DNA of 17,914 nucleotides from a virus (lineage: Duplodnaviria > Heunggongvirae > Uroviricota > Caudoviricetes): IMG/VR virus record IMGVR_UViG_2565956631_000008. The stretch is one strand, 5' to 3'. Positions 8,804 through 15,938 of the stretch are shown piece after piece (position 1 is the stretch's first letter; each line of letters opens with the position of its first letter). The notes beneath the pieces are model-generated. The model saw only the letters and a program-made list of their open reading frames with translations, did no database searches and was not told the origin of the DNA. The position numbers and the translations under genes were made by a program.

Positions 8804-10715
8804 TCACTCCTCCGGACAGCTTCGCTGCCAGTTCTTTAAGGGTTGGCCGGGTCGTCTCTTCTTCCCGGGATTTTGCCAGTACAGCCAGATCAAGCTGCCA
8901 GCGTTGCACGGACACACGTAATGCCGCGTAGGCATACACCAGGCAGTCCAGCGCTTCGTTACGCCGCTTTTTGTTATCCCACAGCAGACGCATCTTTCCT
9001 TTTTCCCACTTCTCCACAAGCTCTTCCGCGACCAGTTGCTGCGCCTCTGTCTGCGAAAAAATCTCCGGATCATCAGGAAAACGGATGGCATACGACGTGG
9101 CTTCATCCGCAGGCGTGGGCTCGGCTTTCATACGGGCATAGAGAATTTCTTTTGCGGTGTCCGTCCCCACTTCACACAGATAAACGCCCCGCTGATTGCG
9201 GGTTTTCGGCATGGTGATCACCGGCTTGCCATAGACAGACGCGCCTTTTACCGGCAGCACACGGAAAACACCGTGTTTTTTTGACCTCTGGTAGACGATT
9301 TCACCATCGATCCCCCCGGTGTCCCAGCAGACACGGGAAATGGTCATTTCGGTGCCATCCGCATGGCGGTATTTTTTGTTGATCGCCGCATCCACACGTA
9401 ACAGCGTCTCTTCCTCATCAGGACGCCCCATAATGATGATTTTATCCACCAGAAAAGCTTCCTCTCCCGGTGCCCATCCCCAGACATACATCTCAAAACG
9501 GTTTCGCTGCGAGTCAATGCCCGCCGTCAGATAAACCACCCGGGCAGGCACCGCCGCCGTGTAACGCACAACCTTATCCATCAGCACCTGGTGATCGAGT
9601 TTTTCGCCCACGGCCTCTTCCCAGGTCTCGCCCAGCGTGGTGTTCACAAAGGTTTTCAGGCCGTTGGGATCTTTCAGTGCATCCAGCCAGTCATAGACTA
9701 TCTGTACCCAGGTGGTGAACGGACTGTACGCTGTCCAGATATGGAACGTGATGGAGCGCGGCGGCGGAATTTCATTATCCGCGGCGCTGAAAAACGTCAG
9801 ACCGTCACGGGTCCACATCCCCGTGTTTTCACAGATCCACCGCCCGTTGCTCTGGTCAAGCTCAGACTGATGGATCACGCAGCCATGATGTTCACAGAGG
9901 TAGAAAACGCTTTCGGGGCTGTCCTTCTCCCATTTAAGGCCAAAAGGCGTGGATTCATCGCCAAATTTCAGATACTGCTCCTCCCCACAGTGTGGGCAGG
10001 GCACATAAAAACGCATGAAATGCGCCGACTCGTTGGCCGCTTTTTCGATCTGGCAGGTGCCTTTGATTTTAGGCGTCGAGCCGCGAATGGATTTGGGCCA
10101 TACAGAGCCCTCAATACGTTTATCCCCAAGCAGGGTTGGCGAACCCTCTTTTTCGACATCCGGTTCGAACGAGGAAAGTTCGTCATAGCAGACCACGTCC
10201 ACGGATTTTTCACGGTAGTTTTTGGCGGCAGCGCCGCCCAGGCACCAGAAACCCACACCCGATGAAAAGCGTTTCAGCGTGAGGGTATTGTCACGATGTT
10301 TACGCCCCAGCCATGGAAAAAGGTCTTTCAGACATGGCACATCCCGAATCGTCGCCTCCACGTGAGACTTCATAAAATCTTCAGCGGCAGAATCCGTGGG
10401 CTGAAAAAGCAGACTGTTTCGGGATTTATGCTCAATAAAATACCCGACCACCCCCAGCAACATCTTTGTATAGCCAACACGGGCAGATTTAATCAGATTA
10501 ACAGTCCGGATCTGATCATTCCCCATGCTGTTCATGATGGCGATCTGGAACGGCAGCGTTTTCCATTCTCCCTCACCATATGAAGATTCTTTAGGCAGAT
10601 AATAATTTTGATCAGCCCATTCAACTGGCGTCACCGGCAATGCCCTTATCAGGGGCTGTAATGCTGTTGTGACAGCACTCATCATATTATTCAGTTGTTG
10701 CTCTGATATATTCAT
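8787..10715 (-). CDS. A: Terminase large subunit gpA
   Basis: Start taken at MNISEQQLNNMM... (ATG 10713-10715); the ORF-track start at 10772 adds 19 codons with no lambda counterpart. Protein matches lambda gpA throughout (WADQNYYLPKESSYGEGEWKTLPFQ..., GSTPKIKGTCQIE..., CPHCGEEQYLKFGD...). Confidence 0.95.
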   Translation of the reverse strand: MNISEQQLNNMMSAVTTALQPLIRALPVTPVEWADQNYYLPKESSYGEGEWKTLPFQIAIMNSMGNDQIRTVNLIKSARVGYTKMLLGVVGYFIEHKSRNSLLFQPTDSAAEDFMKSHVEATIRDVPCLKDLFPWLGRKHRDNTLTLKRFSSGVGFWCLGGAAAKNYREKSVDVVCYDELSSFEPDVEKEGSPTLLGDKRIEGSVWPKSIRGSTPKIKGTCQIEKAANESAHFMRFYVPCPHCGEEQYLKFGDESTPFGLKWEKDSPESVFYLCEHHGCVIHQSELDQSNGRWICENTGMWTRDGLTFFSAADNEIPPPRSITFHIWTAYSPFTTWVQIVYDWLDALKDPNGLKTFVNTTLGETWEEAVGEKLDHQVLMDKVVRYTAAVPARVVYLTAGIDSQRNRFEMYVWGWAPGEEAFLVDKIIIMGRPDEEETLLRVDAAINKKYRHADGTEMTISRVCWDTGGIDGEIVYQRSKKHGVFRVLPVKGASVYGKPVITMPKTRNQRGVYLCEVGTDTAKEILYARMKAEPTPADEATSYAIRFPDDPEIFSQTEAQQLVAEELVEKWEKGKMRLLWDNKKRRNEALDCLVYAYAALRVSVQRWQLDLAVLAKSREEETTRPTLKELAAKLSGGVNGYSR

Positions 10716-11196
10716 CGAGTAAATCCGGTAATTTATCCCCCGCCCGCGCACACTGATTTGCCCCCTTCGCAATAAGGGTTTTCAGATGGTCAAGATGGCG
10801 CGGTGTTAAATCAGGAAACTGTCGCTGCATGGATAAAGGGATGGAATCAAGCGTACTGGATAACGCCATTGCCAGCTTGCTGAGGGCAAAAATACAGAAC
10901 CCGGTATCAATAAGTTTTCCTTTTGACACCTCATTTTTTAACTGCTGTGTAACAGCCTGTTCTGCTGTCAGTTCCCATCTGGCAATAAGCAATTTCTCCT
11001 CATAGTCGTCTTCGCTATCGCCATCAGGCACATCGTTTTTACTTCTTCTCAGATACGATATGTAAAAATCGCGCCAGGCATCCAGATCCAGTTGCCCTCG
11101 CTTATTCGATATCGGGGCACCCGGCAATTTCTGCAATCTGCGAAGCTGGCGATCGGTCAGACTTAAATGCCTGGCAACTTCAGTCTGCGTAGCCAC
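10687..11196 (-). CDS. nu1: Terminase small subunit gpNu1-like, GTG start
   Basis: 169 aa; C-terminal half (FCIFALSKLAMALSSTLDSIPLSMQRQFPDLTPRHLDHLK...LLDEYI) matches lambda Nu1, while the N-terminal HTH region (TQTEVARHLSLTDRQLRRL) is divergent. Overlaps A by 29 nt, lies immediately downstream of cos, and has a GAGG Shine-Dalgarno upstream. Confidence 0.9.
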   Translation of the reverse strand: MATQTEVARHLSLTDRQLRRLQKLPGAPISNKRGQLDLDAWRDFYISYLRRSKNDVPDGDSEDDYEEKLLIARWELTAEQAVTQQLKNEVSKGKLIDTGFCIFALSKLAMALSSTLDSIPLSMQRQFPDLTPRHLDHLKTLIAKGANQCARAGDKLPDLLDEYIRATTE

Positions 11197-11239
11197 TCCT
11201 CACCTCGCAAAAACTCTCACTTCACAATCACAACAAAAC

Positions 11240-11345
11240 CGGTCATGTCCGGCTTACATGTCTATTTTTTGTGCATGTCCGGTTCACAGAAGACCTCTTT
11301 TTTTATTTTTCATATAGTTAACTTGAAGAGAAACCGGACATGGTT
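11240..11345 (-). promoter_or_regulatory. cosB-like terminase binding region with three 9-bp CATGTCCGG / CCGGACATG repeats and an AT-rich spacer
   Basis: CATGTCCGG at 11244-11252 and 11274-11282, and its inverse CCGGACATG at 11334-11342, lie between cosN and the Nu1 start. The T/A-rich tract 11290-11330 could be an IHF-type bend site. Confidence 0.55.
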
Positions 11346-11379
11346 CCCGGAAAATTTTCATAAATAGCGAAAACCCGCG

Positions 11380-11391
11380 AGGTCGCCGCCC
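11380..11391 (-). other. cos: cosN, the 12-nt cohesive end GGGCGGCGACCT (read on the minus strand)
   Basis: Minus strand reads ...cgatccaacaggttacg GGGCGGCGACCT cgcgggttttcgctatttatgaaaattttccgg..., matching the lambda right-end/left-end junction as recalled; the match extends about 35 nt into the lambda left end. Confidence 0.9.
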
Positions 11392-11539
11392 CGTAACCTG
11401 TTGGATCGACGGAAAGGACCCGAAAACGAGAATAATTATCACTTACAGCAAGAATCGAATCTGATCTATTATGGTGCTTGCTATTATGTGCCGGCACAAG
11501 TGCGTCGTTTACCGTCATTTCACACAGAGGCATCATCAA

Positions 11540-11791
11540 ATGAAAATCAGAAATATTCTCGCTATCTCCCTTGCAACATCATCCTTCAGTTGCCTGGCAT
11601 TTAAATCCTCGCCCAATGTGCTACCAGGACCAACGAATCAACTAACTGCGGTAGAAAGTAAAATTATCGGACATTTTTATGCCCCACACAGTGCATTACC
11701 CGGAACAACCATCACAGGGACATGTGACGCCTCCCCCGTCCCGGGATGCACCTGTCCGTTTTGTACTATGCTGCGTAGCCAAAACCGATAA
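11540..11791 (+). CDS. Small secreted cysteine-rich protein (Sec signal peptide), function unknown
   Basis: Internal ATG at 11540 of the 11471..11791 ORF, with GAGG about 9 nt upstream. N-terminus MKIRNILAISLATSSFSCLA has a signal-peptide n/h/c layout; the predicted mature ~63 aa carries 4 Cys (TGTCDASPVPGCTCPFC). Opposite strand to the late operon. Confidence 0.5.
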   Translation: MKIRNILAISLATSSFSCLAFKSSPNVLPGPTNQLTAVESKIIGHFYAPHSALPGTTITGTCDASPVPGCTCPFCTMLRSQNR

Positions 11792-11852
11792 CATCCGCAT
11801 TTACCTGGTATTACATGATGAGTTCACGCAGCGACTGATAGAGGAAGGAAAG

Positions 11853-12032
11853 ATGGTTAGTAAAAGCAAGGCGCATTGCCGCCGCATGCTGCAGGCATTG
11901 CAACAGACGAGAGCAGGTATTTTTGACCAGTTGGAAAACTGCCAGCATACTTTGCCCGAGTATATCGCCATCTCATCGGAAACCAGTGCAACTCTTATTC
12001 ATCGGGTTCCACCAGAGAAAAAGAAGAAATGA
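11853..12032 (+). CDS. Small hypothetical protein (59 aa) with strong RBS
   Basis: ATG at 11853 preceded by GAGGAAGGAAAG; MVSKSKAHCRRMLQALQQTRAGIFDQLENCQHTLPEYIAISSETSATLIHRVPPEKKKK. The longer ORF-track frame (from 11679) overlaps the upstream gene and lacks an RBS. Confidence 0.45.
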   Translation: MVSKSKAHCRRMLQALQQTRAGIFDQLENCQHTLPEYIAISSETSATLIHRVPPEKKKK

Positions 12033-12037
12033 ACAGT

Positions 12038-12062
12038 GAGGCGTTGTGTGGCATACAACGCC
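12038..12062. terminator. Perfect 9-bp hairpin between convergent genes; probable bidirectional terminator
   Basis: AGGCGTTGT-gtggcat-ACAACGCCT starts 6 nt after the stop of the plus-strand 59-aa ORF and is followed by TCTTCC; on the minus strand it is followed by a CATTTCTTCTTTTTCTC tract. Confidence 0.5.
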
Positions 12063-12154
12063 TTCTTCCATCATTCCTCGTCAGCCATGACAAAAATATA
12101 ACCGCTGGCTCTTTCATTTTTCTCCTGCGTCCAGCCCCTCTCTACCTGGAAGCA

Positions 12155-12481
12155 TCAAGGACGTGACGGCGTAAAGATAAATTGTCTCTTCACTCCCTGA
12201 CAGGGGCGATTCTTTTCAAATCGCCATTTCGCCATGGCCTTCACCACTTCATCACGAAACAAATTATGAGGCTCTGAGCGGAGAAAAACGATCCGTGTCA
12301 CAGTCCCATCAGCACCAATATCGAACTTAACCTCAACCAGCCCCTTGATATAATTTGCTGCAGCATATTCCGGATATCGTGGATACACCGTCACTAATTG
12401 CCGGGGCTCATCAGCTTTTTGCTGCGAGCATCCCACTGCCAGGACAGATAACAGAAAAAGTAGTAAAAGGCGTCTTTTCAT
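12155..12481 (-). CDS. Lipoprotein with TonB C-terminal-domain-like fold
   Basis: Start at MKRRLLLLFLLSVLAVGCSQ (ATG 12479-12481, AGGA 7 nt upstream): signal peptide plus lipobox-like AVGC. Remainder ...VYPRYPEYAAANYIKGLVEVKFDIGADGTVTRIVFLRSEPHNLFRDEVVKAMAKWRFE aligns with the E. coli TonB C-terminal domain (YP..A.A..I.G.V.VKFD...DG.V...S.P...F..EV..AM..WR.EP). Confidence 0.7.
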   Translation of the reverse strand: MKRRLLLLFLLSVLAVGCSQQKADEPRQLVTVYPRYPEYAAANYIKGLVEVKFDIGADGTVTRIVFLRSEPHNLFRDEVVKAMAKWRFEKNRPCQGVKRQFIFTPSRP

Positions 12482-12791
12482 TTTTATTCCTACGGGTCTT
12501 ATTCTGACAATATATCCTGTGTTCCAGACTGCCACATCACCACATCCTGTGCCATTATCTGACTCACATTACATACATCGCATCGGGATACAGTAGTAGC
12601 ACTTTCTGTAATACAGCTTCCTGTTTCTTCCACCATCGCACCGGGATAAACCCGCGAATCATTAACGCGGTAAAAACCCGGTGTGCATCGTTTTTAATTA
12701 TCCCCGCACACTCGCGCAGAGGAGTCTCCCTGTCGGGCTGCGGTCTCTGTTAATGAGGGAATATAGCGACGATACGGCGCATCAACAAAAC

Positions 12792-13265
12792 TTATTTCAG
12801 GCACTGAGTGCGGATATAGTCCTGTGCCCCTTCCAGTTGCTTGTGCATCGTCATCAGCCGCTCTCTGAGGGTGAAATAATCCCGTGTAACGGTGTCTGCC
12901 AGTTGGGGGCCGGTTGCATTATCCACGCCGGAGGTGGTGGGGGCTTCACGCACGGAGCCTGGACAGGTGGCGTTGATCCGCAGGCGCTTACGACCAGCGG
13001 CAACGTCAGCGCGAAGAGTTTCATTTTCAGCTCTCGCATCGGCTAATTCCCTCGAGTATTTTGCATCGAGCGCAGCAACATCGCGCTGGCGCACCTGCAT
13101 ATCAGTAATGGTTGCGTTCGCCAGCTTCAGTTCACTGGCTTTGTTATCGCGCTGCGCTTTGTAGGTAATCGCGTTATCACGGTAATGGTCTGTTGCCATC
13201 CACAGCGCACCACAGGCCACCAGCAGAATAACGATAAACGCGGAAAGCATTCGGTTTATGTTCAC
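12792..13265 (-). CDS. Rz: Spanin inner-membrane subunit Rz (i-spanin)
   Basis: ...[55 protein letters not shown]...[18 protein letters not shown]...; near-identical to lambda Rz. The ORF-track start is GTG (13263-13265) overlapping the stop of the upstream small ORF as GTGA; an alternative ATG lies at 13248-13250. Confidence 0.93.
   Translation of the reverse strand: MNINRMLSAFIVILLVACGALWMATDHYRDNAITYKAQRDNKASELKLANATITDMQVRQRDVAALDAKYSRELADARAENETLRADVAAGRKRLRINATCPGSVREAPTTSGVDNATGPQLADTVTRDYFTLRERLMTMHKQLEGAQDYIRTQCLK
12854..13039 (-). CDS. Rz1: Spanin outer-membrane lipoprotein subunit Rz1 (o-spanin), embedded in Rz in the +1 frame
   Basis: [59 protein letters not shown]; lipobox plus proline-rich core, near-identical to lambda Rz1 and wholly inside Rz in a different frame. 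Confidence 0.9.
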   Translation of the reverse strand: MRELKMKLFALTLPLVVSACGSTPPVQAPCVKPPPPPAWIMQPAPNWQTPLHGIISPSESG

Positions 13266-13393
13266 CCCAGCAACCCCGACGAAGACAACATCATCCAGGC
13301 CATGGAAAGAAAAAGAGCAACCAGCATTAGTGAAAATGAAATGCCGACAATTACACAGAGGATCTTCGCCAGCGTTATGAGTTTGTCTGACAT
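13262..13393 (-). CDS. Small single-pass membrane protein (43 aa), function unknown
   Basis: Internal ATG at 13391-13393 preceded by GGGAGG 8 nt upstream; [43 protein letters not shown] has one hydrophobic helix. Its TGA stop overlaps the Rz GTG start. Confidence 0.5.
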   Translation of the reverse strand: MSDKLITLAKILCVIVGISFSLMLVALFLSMAWMMLSSSGLLG

Positions 13394-13407
13394 GCTTAAT
13401 CCTCCCT

Positions 13408-13554
13408 TCACGATTTCAACGCAATGACCAGTTTTGCCAGCCCATACAGCATCGGGGACACAGCAACACCGACCGCCACCCACTTAATGGCAAAAGCCAG
13501 TGCTCTGCTGATGTCATCAGTTACAGGCGCTTTCAGTTCAAGGCCATTTTTCAT
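13408..13554 (-). CDS. Small protein with C-terminal transmembrane segment (48 aa), function unknown
   Basis: ATG at 13552-13554 with GAGG 6 nt upstream; [48 protein letters not shown]. An alternative start at 13590 (MAKCKR...) is possible. The stop lies 14 nt before the next small ORF. Confidence 0.4.
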   Translation of the reverse strand: MKNGLELKAPVTDDISRALAFAIKWVAVGVAVSPMLYGLAKLVIALKS

Positions 13555-13746
13555 AGTCAACCTCAACAGAATTCGTTTACACTTCGCCATGTTCTCCCTT
13601 GCCTTACTCAAGGTCAGAAACACAAAACCTCGCTTGGTGCCAACAAACGGGGTTTTTACTTTTATTCACTTACGTTTCGCCAGTTCGCAGGATTTCGTGT
13701 TATCCGCCCGCGTGGCCATTCCTCATTTTTCAGCAAAATATTCTGC

Positions 13747-14280
13747 TTATCTGTCGATACCCCAGCACGCCAGCGCGCTCTCCTGGTCACGACGGGATAC
13801 CTGACCGTAACAGTTGTTTGAACGAATACGGCAGTCTCTGCCACCGTCCTTAATCCACCAGCGAATCGCTTCGCAGGCACCTTTTCGATCACCAGCATTA
13901 ATTCGTCTGTAAAACGTCGACGGGAAACACTTACCGGGACCAATGTTGTACGGACAGAATGACGCGATCCCCGCTTTCTGGGGTTCGGTCAGCGGCACTC
14001 TGATGTTTTTCTCCACCCACGCCAGCGCTTTATCACGCTCAATGGCGTTAACCTGGTCGCATTTTTCCTTCGACAACTTCATGCCCGGAACGACAGGTTT
14101 GCCATCCACCATGATGGCACCACGGCAGATGGTCCAGATACCTGCACCATCACGGTATGCCGTGGTGTGGTTGCCTTCCTTTTCATCCAGAAACTGGTCG
14201 AGAATGTCAGGCGCAGGCGCACCAGCGGCAATCAGCGCCAGAACGGCAGCCGACAGGCCGTATTTGATTTTGGTGTTCAT
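13747..14280 (-). CDS. R: SAR endolysin (T4-lysozyme-like muramidase, GH24) with N-terminal signal-anchor-release domain
   Basis: 177 aa; N-terminal Gly/Ala-rich weakly hydrophobic segment YGLSAAVLALIAAGAPAP, then EGNHTTAYRDGAGIWT giving the E-x8-D-x5-T catalytic spacing typical of phage 21 and P1 type SAR lysozymes. Confidence 0.9.
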   Translation of the reverse strand: MNTKIKYGLSAAVLALIAAGAPAPDILDQFLDEKEGNHTTAYRDGAGIWTICRGAIMVDGKPVVPGMKLSKEKCDQVNAIERDKALAWVEKNIRVPLTEPQKAGIASFCPYNIGPGKCFPSTFYRRINAGDRKGACEAIRWWIKDGGRDCRIRSNNCYGQVSRRDQESALACWGIDR

Positions 14281-14316
14281 GGATATATTAAATATTCAGC
14301 CGCTGTCCCTGGCCCA

Positions 14317-15207
14317 CTAAATACGCACTTTAAGATAAGTCAGCCCCGGATGAAGCCAGTAAGCCGGCCCTTTTTTAAAGGGTGGAGTATTAAAATCACG
14401 AAGAAGAGCCTCCCGCACAATTGCATCCTTATCAGCACCACTGGCCAGCGCTTCAATCTCAGCGGCTACCTGAAGATATCCCATGCAACGGCCAACGCGC
14501 TTCATCAGCCCCTGCTTTTTATTGTTCTTCAGGTAATCAATGGCAAATTCAATGAGCTCCTCACTGTGCTGGTGCGATGGAGGTGTTACTTTCCCATTTT
14601 CTGAGATGGTTATTTTCCCAGCATCACCGGATACAACAAAGGATGGCCGGTTACACTCCCATTCCGGGTCACTGAAATTATCATTATGAATACTGAAACA
14701 CTCTGCGAGATTTCTGCTCATCACTTTCCGACAATAATCGTCAAACGCAGCAAACTGCTTTTCATCGCCAGAAGGCACCAATATCGACCATTTCTTATTC
14801 AGCTCAACGACGTAGCTCTCCAGTTTTTCAATACGTGATTCAACATCATCTTTTTCTGACCGCAGTGTTGACGGCGGCATCTTCAGAGAACAAGTAATTC
14901 TTCCCGGTAGCTTTCCTTTGTAGGTTATCAACACATCCTGCGCCTCTAAAATTACGGGGCGCTTTTCCGGCAACGGTTCGTTCCATTCACATAACCCGGC
15001 AGCAACATCCATGAAAAACTGCTTCGCCTGCTTTTTCGCCTCAGCTTCGTAAAACTCCAGCGTGGCACCTTCAGTACGGTCAAGACTAATCGCCACATCT
15101 GGCAACAACAGCGACGCTTGCCCGTCACCTTCCGACTTCACAGTAACAGTAACCTTATCCCCGTAATTATTTATCCCCTTAACAACCAGTTCATATTTTT
15201 TATTCAT
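14317..15207 (-). CDS. Uncharacterised 296-aa protein inserted between holin and endolysin
   Basis: Long ORF with ATG at 15205-15207, 4 nt after the holin stop, and a GGAGAG Shine-Dalgarno upstream; MNKKYELVVKGINNYGDKVTVTVKSEGDGQ.... No TM segment, signal peptide or catalytic motif I can recognise. GC looks lower by eye than the flanking late genes. Confidence 0.75.
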   Translation of the reverse strand: MNKKYELVVKGINNYGDKVTVTVKSEGDGQASLLLPDVAISLDRTEGATLEFYEAEAKKQAKQFFMDVAAGLCEWNEPLPEKRPVILEAQDVLITYKGKLPGRITCSLKMPPSTLRSEKDDVESRIEKLESYVVELNKKWSILVPSGDEKQFAAFDDYCRKVMSRNLAECFSIHNDNFSDPEWECNRPSFVVSGDAGKITISENGKVTPPSHQHSEELIEFAIDYLKNNKKQGLMKRVGRCMGYLQVAAEIEALASGADKDAIVREALLRDFNTPPFKKGPAYWLHPGLTYLKVRI

Positions 15208-15211
15208 CACT

Positions 15212-15427
15212 TTACTCTCCCCGCGCCGCCTTACGCCGGTCCTCTTTGATTTTGAAATACAGGTTAGTCAGATATGTCAGCAGCCCAAACAGCAGACTCC
15301 CCAGCACGCCTATTGCCGCCCACTGAGACGGGGAAACCCTGTCCAGCAACTGCAGGAACCAGTAGCCCGTTCCCACCGCTGACGTGGTGTATGACACACC
15401 TGTTGTGATTTTTTCCATCTGGTACAT
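15212..15427 (-). CDS. S: Class II pinholin (phage 21 S-like) with dual-start motif
   Basis: [71 protein letters not shown] (71 aa), near-identical to phage 21 S / E. coli EssD-type holins as recalled. Two in-frame Met codons (15427 and 15418) give antiholin and holin forms; GGGAG Shine-Dalgarno upstream. The ORF-track start at 15532 is an over-extension. Confidence 0.92.
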   Translation of the reverse strand: MYQMEKITTGVSYTTSAVGTGYWFLQLLDRVSPSQWAAIGVLGSLLFGLLTYLTNLYFKIKEDRRKAARGE

Positions 15428-15459
15428 ACCCCGTCTCCCGTTATCCGGAAGCTGACAAC

Positions 15460-15491
15460 AATAAAAAAGCCACCAGTTAAGTACTGATGGC
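15460..15491 (-). terminator. Rho-independent terminator-like hairpin about 30 nt upstream of the holin start
   Basis: Minus strand: GCCATCAG-tacttaa-CTGGTGGC (8-bp stem with one G.U pair) followed by TTTTTTATTGTTG. Confidence 0.55.
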
Positions 15492-15734
15492 TCTGATAAC
15501 TCATGCAGGCGTCTCAGACGACCCACTGACACTACCGGTGAGTTTAACGATACCTTCCATTTGACTGGCTCACTTTTTATGATGATGCCGGTGCATTTAT
15601 CTCCAGCACCAGACTTTCTATCTCAACGCCATACGTTGCATTTTTGGTAATATCCGTCAGCGTCAGTGCATTTAGTCCCACTGCCAGACCGTCTTTTATG
15701 GCCTGGAATGCCGGGCCAGTACGATGACGTAGTA

Positions 15735-15938
15735 TCACTCCGGCTCAGTTGCACCACTGACCACCACATCACCTTCTGCTGCAATCGCCTGCATCAGGGT
15801 ATAAGGGGTTATGGCCACCGGACTACCAAACGGCTGCCAGCCCTCTTTCAGTTTATGTGTCAGCTTTTCCGCAAGATCTGACGGCGACGCCGCCCTGACA
15901 ACATCATAGTGTTTAAATGCCATGGTTCTTTCCACCAT
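15735..15938 (-). CDS. Small conserved prophage protein upstream of the holin (possibly DUF1737 family)
   Basis: 67-aa ORF MVERTMAFKHYDVVRAASPSDLAEKLTHKLKEGWQPFGSPVAITPYTLMQAIAAEGDVVVSG; the start may instead be the internal ATG at 15923 (MAFKHYD...). The family assignment is from memory and not verified. Confidence 0.55.
   Translation of the reverse strand: MVERTMAFKHYDVVRAASPSDLAEKLTHKLKEGWQPFGSPVAITPYTLMQAIAAEGDVVVSGATEPE

Noticed and set aside
8804-9106. Minus-strand 100-aa ORF and other ORFs nested in the terminase and portal genes (9968..10258, 7217..7564, 7835..8065, 8093..8395)
   Set aside because: Alternative frames inside well-supported genes, with no independent evidence.
10716-10772. 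19-codon N-terminal extension of terminase A in the ORF track (MRRGQISVRGRGINYRIYS)
   Set aside because: Lambda gpA homology begins at MNISEQ, and the extension would run deep into Nu1. The internal ATG at 10713-10715 is the start.
11318-11539. Minus-strand 73-aa ORF spanning cos, and the plus-strand ORF 11401..11604
   Set aside because: They cross the cosN/cosB packaging signals, which match lambda non-coding sequence, and have no RBS.
11679-12032. Long version (117 aa) of the plus-strand ORF
   Set aside because: The 5' part overlaps the upstream secreted-peptide gene in another frame and lacks an RBS. The internal ATG at 11853 has a strong Shine-Dalgarno, so the shorter gene is preferred.
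12681-13046. Plus-strand ORFs overlapping Rz/Rz1 (12681..13046, 12892..13164, 13185..13427)
   Set aside because: Antisense to the near-lambda-identical Rz and Rz1 genes.
13424-13804. Plus-strand 126-aa ORF across the endolysin-Rz gap (also 13599..13853)
   Set aside because: Low-complexity translation, no RBS, and it overlaps the endolysin 3' end in antisense. The minus-strand small ORFs with Shine-Dalgarno sequences explain the region better, though a plus-strand gene cannot be fully excluded.
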